Of a stretch of DNA of 64,000 nucleotides, positions 1 through 9,749 are shown piece by piece (positions within the stretch are counted from its first letter, which is position 1; each line of letters opens with the position of its first letter). The position numbers were made by a program, and so were the translations under genes. The notes under the pieces are model-generated. The model was not told the origin of the DNA. It saw only the letters and a list, made by a program, of their open reading frames with translations, and did not search any database. This DNA comes from Gammaproteobacteria bacterium (GTDB lineage Bacteria > Pseudomonadota > Gammaproteobacteria > UBA4575): contig OZ242174.1 in the NCBI GenBank assembly GCA_965205685.1, positions 77,406-141,405 on the forward strand, read 5' to 3'.

Positions 1-1461
1 GACCAGACACCTGGATGATGTGATCTACCTGCTCTTCGAGCTCCAGGTTCTGAAGTCCCTGTTCCAGGGTTTGCATGAACTCCAGAAAATTCTCCAAGGC
101 ATTGGCAGAGCGTGCAATCAGCTTGTCAGAGCGGCAGATTTTTTCAGCAGCATCCCAGAGTGCCATTTGATGATCGCGAGCAAAATCGCGCAACTGTGCC
201 AGCGTGCGTTGACCGATCCCCCTGGGAGGCACGTTGACGATTCGCTCAAAAGAGGAATCATCTTCATGATTTCGTGCCAGACGCAGGTAAGCCAAGGCAT
301 CCCTGATTTCGGCACGCTCGAAAAAGCGCAACCCCCCGTACACCCGGTATGGGATGCTTTGTGAAATAAAGACCTCTTCGAAAACCCGGGATTGCACATT
401 GGAGCGGTACAATATGGCAATTTCATCACGGCGGCTCCTGCCGGACTCGACCCATTGCTGTAGCCTGTCCGCAACAAAGCGTGCTTCATCCTGTTCATTG
501 AATGCCGTGTACAAGTAAACGGGCTCTCCAGAGCTGCCGTCTGTCCAAAGTTTTTTTTCCATGCGTCCCGGGTTGTTGTCGATCAACGAGTTGGCAACCG
601 ACAGGATCGTATTGGTGGAACGGTAATTTTGCTCCAGTCTGAATAGCTGTGTGTTCTTGTAATCGCGTGTGAAGCTGCGGATATTTTCAATGCGTGCGCC
701 TCGCCAACCGTAAATGGATTGGTCATCGTCACCCACGGCAAAGACCGGATTGTCATCTCCAGCGAACATTTTGAGCCACTTGTACTGAATCGCATTCGTA
801 TCCTGAAACTCGTCGACCAGAATGTGGCGGAATTTTTCACGATAGTGGGCGAGGATTTCGGCTTTTTGCTGCAGCAACTCCAGGCTGCGTAACAGCAGTT
901 CTGCAAAATCCACCAAGGCCGAACGCTCGCACTCCTGCTCGTACGCAGTGTAGATCCGGATCAACTGCCGTGCCGTTTGGTCCTCACGGTCCCGCAGGTC
1001 TGTAGCTCTCAAACCTTCTTCTTTCTGGTGATTGATGTACCCCCGCATCTGTTTCGGGGGCCATTTGGAATCATCCAAATCCAGATCCTGAACGATGCGT
1101 TTCACCAGACGCAACTGATCCTCACTGTCCAGAACCTGAAAGTTCTCCTTGAGGCCCGCCGCCTGCCAGTGAGTACGCAACAGACGATGTGAAATGCCAT
1201 GAAAGGTCCCGATCCACAGACCTCCAATCTCATGGCCCAGCAGGTTTTCCACACGTGCCCGCATCTCTGCAGCAGCCTTGTTGGTAAATGTAACTGCAAG
1301 CATGCTGTAGGGGGAAACCGACTGCACTTCACACAGCCATGCGATTCGGTGCACCAGAACGCGCGTTTTTCCGCTGCCCGCACCTGCAATAACCAGCACC
1401 GGCGTATTTTCTGCAGTGACCGCCTCCCGCTGCGCACTATTCAAAGGATCAAGAATAGGAG
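1..1461 (-). CDS. uvrD: DNA helicase II UvrD (partial; the N-terminal ~487 aa are in-window and the C-terminus lies beyond the window start)
   Basis: Manual translation of the minus strand from the ATG at 1461 gives MDVTPILDPLNSAQREAVTAENTPVLVIAGAGSGKTRVLVHRIAWL...TFTNKAAAEMR...DEFQDTN...GDDDQSIYGWRGA...QNYRST. These are the Walker A and UvrD/Rep helicase motifs, in one continuous frame to position 1. It is absent from the ORF track because there is no in-window stop. Synteny with xerC-dapF (as around E. coli uvrD) supports UvrD over Rep. Confidence 0.85.
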
Positions 1462-1505
1462 TGACGTCCATCGGTTTGCAGGGGCCTGTGACTGTCAGCA
1501 AATGG

Positions 1506-3068
1506 CTATAAATACCACATGCCTGCCAAGGCACCGGCCAAGGCGAGAATCAGGATTACGGTGATGGCTCGATTTGATTTCCTGACTTCATTGCGCAGCG
1601 CTTTGAACTCCTGATTCTGCTGTTCAAGCATGTCGTTATTTTGTTCAAATTTCTTCATGCTCGTGTACACCAGATCCGGAATTTCAGGCAGGCGTTCTGC
1701 CATGCGGGGCAGCTGCTTGCGAATCCCCAGAGCCAGTGCACGCACCCCGACCTGTTCACTCATCCAGCGCTCCATGAAAGGCTTCGCCGTATCCCAGAGA
1801 TTGAGGCTTGGATCCAGTTGACGGGCCAGACCCTCGATGCTCAGCATGGTCTTCTCCAACAACACCAGTTGGGGCTGGACCTTCATATTGAAACGTCGGG
1901 TAGTCTGGAAAAGTCGCACGAGCAGATTTCCGAACGAGATCTCGCTGAGAGGACGCTGGAAAACAGGCTCGCAGACCGTGCGAATGGCAGATTCAAATTC
2001 CTCTACCCGCACATCCGGCGGAACCCACCCTGATTCCAGATGCAGTTCCGCCACCCTGCGGTAGTCACGATTAAAAAATGCCAGAAGATTTTCTGCCAGA
2101 TATCTTTTATCAGATGTCGTGAGTGTACCGATTACCCCGAAATCAACACCGATGTACTTGGGATCTTCCGGATTCTCATAGGAGACGAAAATATTGCCAG
2201 GATGCATGTCTCCATGAAAAAAATTATGTCTGAACACCTGTGTAAAAAAGATAATGCATCCTCGTTCTGAGAGTTTCTTGAGATTGATTCCATGCCGTTC
2301 CAAGGCTGCCCGATCGCTTACCGGAATACCATGGATGCGCTCGATCACCATGACATTTCGCCGACATAGATCGAAGTAAACCTCGGGTACATACAAATCC
2401 GGTGAGTTTTCAAAATTTCTGCGCAGCTGGCTGGCATTGGCAGCCTCTCGCAGAAGATCGAGTTCATCCAGGACGACCCGTTCGAACTCCTGCACTATTT
2501 CGCGAGGCTGTAACAGCTGTGCATCTTTCCAGTATCGGTGCATGATGGATGCCATGACGTGCAAAAGTTCCAGGTCCTGTCGCACATCTTTTTCAACGCC
2601 GGGGCGCAACACCTTGACCACCACATCGGTACCTTCATGAAGCTTGGCCGGATGCACCTGTGCAATCGAAGCCGATGCCATGGGCTCGATGCCGAACTCG
2701 CCGAAAGCCTCGTTTACCGACTTCTGAAGCGCCTGCTCGACCAGTTGCTTGGCCACTTCCCCCGGAAAGGCCGGGACCTGGTCCTGCAACTTGGCAAGCT
2801 CATCGGCAATCTCTTCAGGAAACAGGTCACGACGTGTGGATAGTGTCTGTCCAAACTTTACGAAGATCGGACCGAGGTCCTCCAGCACGTAGCGGATACG
2901 TACGCCATGCGTGATTTCCTCTTTTCGAAACCAGTGCCATGGCAACAAGAAAAGCAAGAAACGTATCGGTCGAAAATAGGGGATTTCAAACAGGACTTCT
3001 TCAAGGCCATGCCGGATCAATACGATGTTGATACGGAAAAGCCGGATAAATAAACGAACGTAGCGCAT
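1506..3068 (-). CDS. ubiB: Ubiquinone biosynthesis protein UbiB (ABC1/aarF kinase-like)
   Basis: 520 aa. The N-terminus ...GPIFVKFGQTLSTRRDLFPEEIADELAKLQDQVPAF and ...ASASIAQVHPAKL match UbiB. There is a C-terminal TM segment. It follows ubiE-ubiJ. Confidence 0.9.
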   Translation of the reverse strand: MRYVRLFIRLFRINIVLIRHGLEEVLFEIPYFRPIRFLLFLLPWHWFRKEEITHGVRIRYVLEDLGPIFVKFGQTLSTRRDLFPEEIADELAKLQDQVPAFPGEVAKQLVEQALQKSVNEAFGEFGIEPMASASIAQVHPAKLHEGTDVVVKVLRPGVEKDVRQDLELLHVMASIMHRYWKDAQLLQPREIVQEFERVVLDELDLLREAANASQLRRNFENSPDLYVPEVYFDLCRRNVMVIERIHGIPVSDRAALERHGINLKKLSERGCIIFFTQVFRHNFFHGDMHPGNIFVSYENPEDPKYIGVDFGVIGTLTTSDKRYLAENLLAFFNRDYRRVAELHLESGWVPPDVRVEEFESAIRTVCEPVFQRPLSEISFGNLLVRLFQTTRRFNMKVQPQLVLLEKTMLSIEGLARQLDPSLNLWDTAKPFMERWMSEQVGVRALALGIRKQLPRMAERLPEIPDLVYTSMKKFEQNNDMLEQQNQEFKALRNEVRKSNRAITVILILALAGALAGMWYL

Positions 3069-3070
3069 GA

Positions 3071-3679
3071 TTACCGGCGATCTGTCTTGCCAAGCCGGTC
3101 AATGCGGGCTTCAAGATGGCCGATGTCAGTTTCCAGACTTGTAGCATCCTTCAGGAATCGCTCAATTTCCGCCCTTGCCGGCATCACCCGGGACTCTTCC
3201 TGCAGGTATTCGCTTACATCCAAGAGAAAGTTTTTGATTGAACGGCGTTTATAGCTGCCTGCATGACCAAGACACGTGCCAAGCTGATGTGCCAGCACGT
3301 CCCCGACACAGGGGGCCGCGATCTCTTCCCAGTCGATCTCCACGTCACGAAAAATCCTTCCCATCTGTCTCACTGCCTCAAAATCACCTTGTACGTGCAC
3401 AGAGCCATTCTCAAGCAAGGGCTGGTATTTCGCGCCGAGAGCGATGTTCAGCAAGGTCACGACATCCGCTTGGACTCTGGCCGTAATCTCAATAGGCTCG
3501 CTTTCAATATGATCGGCAACCACAACACCCTCTTGTCCAGGAACGACCAGAAATTCCTTTTTCAGATCTGTCAAATGGAATACCAGATTTTTACCTTCGA
3601 ACGCTTGCAATCGTTCTGCAACCTCGGGATCGCGGTCGAAGTATTTCTTTAGAGAGTAGTTAATGAGTTTGACCAGCAT
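3071..3679 (-). CDS. ubiJ: Ubiquinone biosynthesis accessory factor UbiJ (SCP2 domain)
   Basis: 202 aa lying between ubiE and ubiB in the conserved ubiE-ubiJ-ubiB arrangement. It sits 3 nt from ubiB. Confidence 0.7.
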   Translation of the reverse strand: MLVKLINYSLKKYFDRDPEVAERLQAFEGKNLVFHLTDLKKEFLVVPGQEGVVVADHIESEPIEITARVQADVVTLLNIALGAKYQPLLENGSVHVQGDFEAVRQMGRIFRDVEIDWEEIAAPCVGDVLAHQLGTCLGHAGSYKRRSIKNFLLDVSEYLQEESRVMPARAEIERFLKDATSLETDIGHLEARIDRLGKTDRR

Positions 3680-3685
3680 GCCTGT

Positions 3686-4435
3686 TTACGCAGAAAGCTT
3701 GTAGCCGCGGTGTATGCACACGATCCCAAACCCGAGATCCAGAAAATCGCACTGCTGAAAACCCGCCGATTCCAGCATCGACCGCAGTGTGTCCGGGTCA
3801 GGGTGTTTGCGTATTGACTCCGCAAGATACCGGTAACTGCCAGCATCCCTTGCGACAATCTTACCCATCTTCGGCAAAAACCCAAAAGAGTATGAATCGT
3901 AAGCCTTGCGAAGCAATTTATGGGCTTTGGAAAACTCCAGCACCAGCAACTGCCCGCCCGGTTTCAGTACCCTGAATATCGCCCGCAGGGCTTGGCTTTT
4001 GTCCGTAAAGTTTCTCAAGCCGAAGGCAAGGACGACACGATCGAAATAATTCTCCCGGAAAGGCAGTACTTCTGCCATCGCCTGTACGTAATGCAGGTTT
4101 TTCAGCAGCCCCTTATCCACGAGTTTCCCGCGCCCGTGTTCCAGCATTGTAAGGTTAAGATCGCAAAGTGTGATTTCACCCTGCTCAGCCAGTTTCGGGG
4201 CCAGCAATGCAGAGAGGTCCGCCGTGCCGGCTGCGAGATCCAGCACCTTGTGACAGGGTTGAACATTTGCGAGGTATACCAACTGATGCTTCCAGACCCG
4301 ATGCAGACCAAATGACATGACATCGTTCATCACATCGTATTTGCTGGCCACCGAGTCAAACACTGCACTGACCTTTTCTGTTTTCTCTCCAGGACTTACA
4401 TCCTGATATCCAAAGTGAGTATTTTTTTCTTGCAT
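3686..4435 (-). CDS. ubiE: Ubiquinone/menaquinone C-methyltransferase UbiE
   Basis: 249 aa starting MQEKNTHFGYQDVSPGEKTEKVSAVFDSVASKYDVMNDVMSFGLHRVWK. It has the class I SAM methyltransferase motif LDLAAGTADL. Confidence 0.9.
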   Translation of the reverse strand: MQEKNTHFGYQDVSPGEKTEKVSAVFDSVASKYDVMNDVMSFGLHRVWKHQLVYLANVQPCHKVLDLAAGTADLSALLAPKLAEQGEITLCDLNLTMLEHGRGKLVDKGLLKNLHYVQAMAEVLPFRENYFDRVVLAFGLRNFTDKSQALRAIFRVLKPGGQLLVLEFSKAHKLLRKAYDSYSFGFLPKMGKIVARDAGSYRYLAESIRKHPDPDTLRSMLESAGFQQCDFLDLGFGIVCIHRGYKLSA

Positions 4436-4535
4436 GCCAGGCGTACTGTGCTATGTGATGCCAACGACTGCATCTGTACCAGGGTTTATACTTGTGAAGG
4501 AAGCTGCGTGACCGAGCCCGAGTGTAAGGGTGGTT

Positions 4536-4928
4536 TTATTCACCCAAAACCTTTCTTTGATAACCTGCCTCTTTCAAACGCTCGAGATATCTTTGCCACT
4601 TTTGTTCCTGATCGATGCCAAGTTCATAAAGATATTCCCAAGAAAATATCCCAGTGTCGTGGTTATCATCAAAAACCAATTGAACGGCATAATTGCCTAC
4701 CTGCTCGATGGCATTGATGCCGACATCCTCCTTTCCTACCTGCAATACTCCCTGCCCAGGCCCGTGACCGGCTACTTCGGCAGAAGGCGAGTGCACACGA
4801 AGGTATTCGCACGATAGCTTAAAACGTTTGCCATCATCAAATGCGACCTCCAGCATCCTCGACTTCTGATGCAGGTGAATTTCGGTGGGTGTCTTTTTTG
4901 GCAAAGCGTCTTGACCTTTTTTATTCAA
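4536..4928 (-). CDS. DUF971 family protein (gamma-butyrobetaine hydroxylase-like N-terminal domain)
   Basis: 130 aa with the FDDGKRFKLSCEYLRVHSPSAE and IFSWEYLYELG motifs typical of DUF971. It sits downstream of hslU, as in Pseudomonas. Confidence 0.55.
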   Translation of the reverse strand: MNKKGQDALPKKTPTEIHLHQKSRMLEVAFDDGKRFKLSCEYLRVHSPSAEVAGHGPGQGVLQVGKEDVGINAIEQVGNYAVQLVFDDNHDTGIFSWEYLYELGIDQEQKWQRYLERLKEAGYQRKVLGE

Positions 4929-4949
4929 TCGTTGGCATACTTGCAGAAG

Positions 4950-6278
4950 TTACAGGATATAACGGCTCAGGTCCTCATCCTTAACCAGTTCGCCGATATT
5001 TTCATCCACGTAAGCCTGATCAATAGTGATTGACGTACCACTTTCATCCGGTGCGGAAAATGAAATTTTCTCAAGCAGGCGCTCCATCACCGTGTGCAGT
5101 CTGCGTGCACCGATATTTTCGGTGGATTCATTCACATCATGCGCGATCTGTGCAACCTTGCGGATGCCGTCCTCTGCAAAATCCAGGTGCACGCCTTCAG
5201 TAGCGAGCAACGCGGCGTATTGCTCAGTGAGCGAGGCGTCGGGTTCGGCCAATATGCGTACGAAGTCGTCGGCGGTAAGTGCCTTGAGTTCGACCCGAAT
5301 TGGCAAGCGGCCCTGCAACTCTGGAATCAAATCCGAGGGTTTGGATACATGGAATGCCCCGGAGGCAATAAACAATATGTGGTCGGTCTTGACCATGCCG
5401 TATTTGGTACTGATGGTGCAGCCTTCCACCAACGGCAACAAATCCCGCTGCACACCCTCGCGCGAGACATCTGCACCACTGGTCTGACCATGTTTCGTAA
5501 CCTTGTCAATCTCGTCCAGAAACACGATCCCGTTCTGCTCTACATTCTCGAGAGCTTTTGCCTTAAGTTCCTCTTCATTGATCAATTTGTGTGCCTCTTC
5601 ATCGGTCAGCACTTTCATGGCTTCTCCGATGCGCATTTTGCGGGTTTTTTTCTTGTTGCTGCCCAAATTTTGAAACATCCCCTGCAACTGGCTCGCCATC
5701 TCCTCCATGCCTGGCGGGGTCATAATTTCCACCCCTACAGGCATAACCGCTACGTCCACATCGATTTCCGTATCGTCCAAATCACCCTCACGCAATTTTT
5801 TCCTGAACTTTTGCCGGGTGTCACTTATGGATCCCGGCACGCCGTCTGTCTCGGAGTCTGCTCTGGGCGGCAGCAACGCATCCAAGATCCGCTCCTCGGC
5901 CACTTCCTCGGCACGAAAGTTTACTTTTTCCATCTCCTGTTCACGCATCATTTTTGCCGACGTGTCGACAAGATCGCGGACGATGGAATCGACCTCCTTG
6001 CCCACGTAGCCCACTTCGGTGAATTTGGTGGCCTCAACCTTGATGAAAGGTGCATTGGCCAAGCGTGCCAAACGCCGTGCGATTTCAGTCTTCCCTACAC
6101 CGGTAGGTCCGATCATCAGTATATTTTTTGGAGTGACCTCCATGCGCAGGGTTTCCGACAACTGCTGACGACGCCATCGGTTGCGTAATGCGATTGCCAC
6201 TGCCCGTTTGGCCTCGTCCTGCCCGACGATGTGCTTATCGAGTTCCTGAACAATTTCTCGCGGGGTCATGTTTGACAT
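4950..6278 (-). CDS. hslU: ATP-dependent protease ATPase subunit HslU
   Basis: 442 aa starting [37 protein letters not shown], with the [15 protein letters not shown] Walker A. Confidence 0.95.
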   Translation of the reverse strand: MSNMTPREIVQELDKHIVGQDEAKRAVAIALRNRWRRQQLSETLRMEVTPKNILMIGPTGVGKTEIARRLARLANAPFIKVEATKFTEVGYVGKEVDSIVRDLVDTSAKMMREQEMEKVNFRAEEVAEERILDALLPPRADSETDGVPGSISDTRQKFRKKLREGDLDDTEIDVDVAVMPVGVEIMTPPGMEEMASQLQGMFQNLGSNKKKTRKMRIGEAMKVLTDEEAHKLINEEELKAKALENVEQNGIVFLDEIDKVTKHGQTSGADVSREGVQRDLLPLVEGCTISTKYGMVKTDHILFIASGAFHVSKPSDLIPELQGRLPIRVELKALTADDFVRILAEPDASLTEQYAALLATEGVHLDFAEDGIRKVAQIAHDVNESTENIGARRLHTVMERLLEKISFSAPDESGTSITIDQAYVDENIGELVKDEDLSRYIL

Positions 6279-6314
6279 GAGAAGTCCGGTTTCCTGAATT
6301 AGGTATACAGAAAG

Positions 6315-6848
6315 CTACAGTTCTTCAACCGAGATACTTGTATTGGTGTAGATGCAAATGCCCGCTGCGATATTCAGTGCCTTGAGCACGATCTCCTTGG
6401 CGCTTAGTCCAGTGTCATCCAGCAGAGCCCTAGCGGCCGCCTGCGCATACGGCCCCCCGGAACCAATCGCGACCAGCGCGTCTTCCGGTTCGATAACATC
6501 GCCATTGCCTGAAATAATCAGCGACGTGGATTGGTCCGAGACTGCAAGCAAGGCTTCCAGTCTGCGCAGCATGCGGTCCGTACGCCAGTCCTTGGCAAGT
6601 TCCACGGCCGCACGGGTAAGCTGGCCATTATGCTGCTCAAGCTTGGATTCAAAGCGCCCAAACAGGGTAAACGCATCAGCAGTCCCTCCGGCAAAACCTG
6701 CAATCACCTTGTCTTCGTACAGCCTGCGGATTTTACGTGCATTGGCCTTCATGATGGTATTGCCCAGGGATACCTGACCATCCCCGCCCAGTGCTACCTT
6801 GCCGTTGCGCCTAACACTGAGAATCGTAGTACCTTCAAATTGTTGCAT
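6315..6848 (-). CDS. hslV: ATP-dependent protease subunit HslV
   Basis: Contains [28 protein letters not shown]...[13 protein letters not shown]...GSGGPYA. The catalytic Thr-Thr is preceded by an in-frame MQQFEG. The track ORF extends to 6941 from a GTG, but the likely start is the ATG about 6 codons before TT. The exact start coordinate is approximate. Confidence 0.85.
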   Translation of the reverse strand: MQQFEGTTILSVRRNGKVALGGDGQVSLGNTIMKANARKIRRLYEDKVIAGFAGGTADAFTLFGRFESKLEQHNGQLTRAAVELAKDWRTDRMLRRLEALLAVSDQSTSLIISGNGDVIEPEDALVAIGSGGPYAQAAARALLDDTGLSAKEIVLKALNIAAGICIYTNTSISVEEL

Positions 6849-6971
6849 ACACGTAGCGTCCGCGAGACGGGTTAATAGTTGCAGAGTATCGAATACAAGG
6901 GTGACCTCGACGCCTTGCCGAAGCCAGATTATCAAAACCACAGACAGATTACACCAGACTAAAGGTGTGGC

Positions 6972-7931
6972 TTATTCCTCGCCCGGAGCGGATCTTTTGC
7001 GGGATGGGTTTTTTCTGGCACGTGGGTGGGTGCGGTCATATACCTGTGCAAGGTGCTGGAAATCCAGATGGGTGTAGATCTGTGTCGTACTGATGTCCGC
7101 ATGCCCCAGCATTTCCTGCACGGCTCGCAGGTCCCCGCTTGATTCCAGCAAATGACTCGCAAACGAATGACGTAGCATGTGCGGGTGGACATGCTTGTCT
7201 AAACCATGTTTACGAGCTAGCCGTGCCATGCGTTGCTGTACAGCACGTGAGGACAACCGTCTGCCGCGGTTGCTGATGAATACCGCACTTTCACCCTCGT
7301 CAACCCAGGTCTTCCGTGCATCCAACCACTGTCTGAGTGACTTGCAGGCCGCAAGTCCAACCGGCAGGTACCGTAGTTTGTTGCCTTTACCCAGTACACG
7401 CACCTGGCTTTGAGGCAAATCCAAGTCTTCGATATTCAAGTTGACCAGCTCAACCAAGCGCAGTCCGGATGAATACATAAGCTCCATCATTGCATGGTCG
7501 CGCATTTCGAGCGGCCCTTGCGGGACCTGTGCGAGCAGGCAGTTGATCTCGTCCACATCCAGCAGTTCGGGAAGTTTTTTCTTGGCGCCCGGTGCGCTCA
7601 CGTCGGTAACAGGATTACTCCCGACCAGCCGTTCTCGCTGCAGGTAACTGTAGAACCCTCTGAGGGCACTCAGGCTGCGTTGCAAACTGCGTGCAGAAAT
7701 CCCTCGCCGCCGGCGCGAGCCTGCAAATTCACGTACATGCAGCGCATCCGCCTGACAGCAGTTTTCTACCTTGGCTGACTCCACGAACCCTACGAATTGC
7801 AGAATGTCCCTACGGTAGTTTTCCACGGTGGCGGGGGAATACCTTCGCTCATCGCTCAGGTAACGCAAATATCTACGAACGAGTTCCTGGGTGTTTGGCA
7901 AACCAGTCACTGCAGCCATGTCGTTCCTCAA
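6972..7931 (-). CDS. xerC: Tyrosine recombinase XerC
   Basis: 319 aa with a phage-integrase fold and the catalytic motifs ...HMLRHSFASHLLESSGDLRAVQEMLGHADISTTQIYTHL. It is adjacent to dapF, as in the dapF-xerC cluster. Confidence 0.85.
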   Translation of the reverse strand: MRNDMAAVTGLPNTQELVRRYLRYLSDERRYSPATVENYRRDILQFVGFVESAKVENCCQADALHVREFAGSRRRRGISARSLQRSLSALRGFYSYLQRERLVGSNPVTDVSAPGAKKKLPELLDVDEINCLLAQVPQGPLEMRDHAMMELMYSSGLRLVELVNLNIEDLDLPQSQVRVLGKGNKLRYLPVGLAACKSLRQWLDARKTWVDEGESAVFISNRGRRLSSRAVQQRMARLARKHGLDKHVHPHMLRHSFASHLLESSGDLRAVQEMLGHADISTTQIYTHLDFQHLAQVYDRTHPRARKNPSRKRSAPGEE

Positions 7932-8084
7932 TTGCGCTCACGTTTCCTTACGGTACCACTTGATCTGCGCAAAGGGAAACAACGGCTTTGCCTATTTTTG
8001 AAGCAATGAGCCGGAAGCGGCTAACCGGTTGCAAACTGTTGCAGCTTTCTGCTGACAATCTTGCCCGCGGCGTGGTTGCTATGC

Positions 8085-8915
8085 TCATAGCATCAAGCTC
8101 CCTTCAAAACTCAACGTTGCAGGACCGGTCATTAGCACAGGCTGATCCGGATGGTCGCATTCAATCAGCAAGCGCCCCCCGGGCAGCCGGACAGACACTT
8201 TTGTGCCAAGCCGATTTTGGGATTGACCTACCACTACCGCAGCACATGCACCGGTACCACAGGCACTGGTTTCTCCTACATCCCTTTCAAACACACGCAG
8301 GGCAATATGCTGGGAATCCAGGATCTGCATAAAACCAACATTGACTTTGCGGGGAAACATCGGGTGAACTTCTATCTTGGGACCGAGGGTACTCACGGGC
8401 GCATGCTCAATATTGTCTACCTGCATCACAGCATGCGGATTCCCCATCGAAACCGCGCCGATTTCGACCTGCTGTTTGCCAACCTCAAGCATGTAGCTTG
8501 ACGATATCTGTGCAGCAGTAAACGGGATTTTTTCAGGTTCAAACACGGGCGTGCCCATGTCGACGGTTACCAGGTCATCTTCACGAAGATGAATATGGTA
8601 TATGCCACTGACAGTCTTGACGCTGATTGAATTCTTGTGTGTAAGGTCGTTATGCCTGAGAAATTTGCCAATGCAACGCGCTCCATTCCCACATTGTTCA
8701 ACTTCCTCTCCGTTGCTGTTATAGACCTGGTAATCAAAGTCAGCCTCAGGGTCCGATGCAGGCCGCACCACAAGCACCTGGTCACAACCTACACCCAACC
8801 TTCGATCCGCAACCCAGCACAACTGCTCGCGGCTCAAACAGACATCCTGGTTGATGGCATCGAAGACCACAAAATCATTGCCGAGCCCGTGCATTTTTGT
8901 AAATTGTAGACGCAT
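8085..8915 (-). CDS. dapF: Diaminopimelate epimerase DapF
   Basis: MRLQFTKMHGLGNDFVVFDA ... QCGNGARC ... ACGTGACA are the DapF active-site Cys motifs. The track ORF starts 3 codons earlier at 8924. Confidence 0.9.
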   Translation of the reverse strand: MRLQFTKMHGLGNDFVVFDAINQDVCLSREQLCWVADRRLGVGCDQVLVVRPASDPEADFDYQVYNSNGEEVEQCGNGARCIGKFLRHNDLTHKNSISVKTVSGIYHIHLREDDLVTVDMGTPVFEPEKIPFTAAQISSSYMLEVGKQQVEIGAVSMGNPHAVMQVDNIEHAPVSTLGPKIEVHPMFPRKVNVGFMQILDSQHIALRVFERDVGETSACGTGACAAVVVGQSQNRLGTKVSVRLPGGRLLIECDHPDQPVLMTGPATLSFEGSLML

Positions 8916-9077
8916 GCCAACCACCGCGTTGTTATAAGGACATACTGTGCTGGCTGGGACCCTGGGTTGAGAATATTCCCCGGTCCACCGTCAGCCCAGC
9001 CTCACTAGAATATCCGCCCTGCCTGCATCTTGTCACGGTCACGGATCCGTAACCGAACACAATGCCCTTGGGCAATC

Positions 9078-9749
9078 TCATGCACCTTGTAAACGGCCGT
9101 GAACAAGCAGGTGCCGGTCACTGATCGGCTCAAGCTTCAGACCCCGCAGACCTGCCGCATGCAACTGGGCCTCCACTTCATCTGGCGTAAATGCAGCCAG
9201 TAACGAATTGTAAAAGTCGCGGCGCAGAATCTCAGGTTCATTTGCCGCATAGCAGGAGACAAGGTCTTCAGCCTGCTCCAAGGTCTGTGGCCTGTACAGG
9301 TCACAGATGAAGATGGCCGTATTCGGGCTCGCATATTTGCGGATCGTTGTCCACAAGTCTTGAGGCTCATGAAGATGATGCAACAGGCTGTTCGAGACAA
9401 TCGCCTGGTAGCATTTCTCTGGCAGTTCGCAGTCCGGCAAGCGTTGCAGGTGCAGTGTGATCTGATGCTGCAGTCCAGCGCGCTCAGTAAATGTCCGTGC
9501 CTGCGCCAGCATAAAATGCGCACCGTCCACGGCATCAATTTTGCAATCCGGATAGAGTCGTGCGAAACGAATCGAGATGTCTGCCGGGCCACAACCCAGA
9601 TCCAGCATCGTATGCGGCGCTTCATGCTTTCCGAAAACACGGCGAAAATGCGCCACGATGGCACTGTGGGCATCCTCGAAGTCCGCATCCGCATAGGCCC
9701 TGGCCTGTGCCGGGTCATTCATCAGTTCAGGTTCAGGCAAACGCTGCAT
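9078..9749 (-). CDS. Class I SAM-dependent methyltransferase of unknown specificity
   Basis: 223 aa with the SAM-binding motif I, LDLGCGPADISIRFA. It is inserted between lysA and dapF, and its start overlaps the lysA stop. Confidence 0.6.
   Translation of the reverse strand: MQRLPEPELMNDPAQARAYADADFEDAHSAIVAHFRRVFGKHEAPHTMLDLGCGPADISIRFARLYPDCKIDAVDGAHFMLAQARTFTERAGLQHQITLHLQRLPDCELPEKCYQAIVSNSLLHHLHEPQDLWTTIRKYASPNTAIFICDLYRPQTLEQAEDLVSCYAANEPEILRRDFYNSLLAAFTPDEVEAQLHAAGLRGLKLEPISDRHLLVHGRLQGA

Noticed and set aside
118-1437. Three minus-strand ORFs (118..498, 583..906, 1102..1437) shown in the track
   Set aside because: They are off-frame relative to the continuous uvrD reading frame. That frame is intact from 1461 to the window edge and carries the helicase motifs.
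5094-6188. 364-aa ORF on the plus strand
   Set aside because: It is entirely antisense to the well-supported hslU gene and has no recognisable motifs, so it is a shadow ORF.
9137-9718. 193-aa minus-strand ORF in an alternate frame
   Set aside because: It overlaps the methyltransferase gene on the same strand in another frame. The methyltransferase frame carries the SAM-binding motif.
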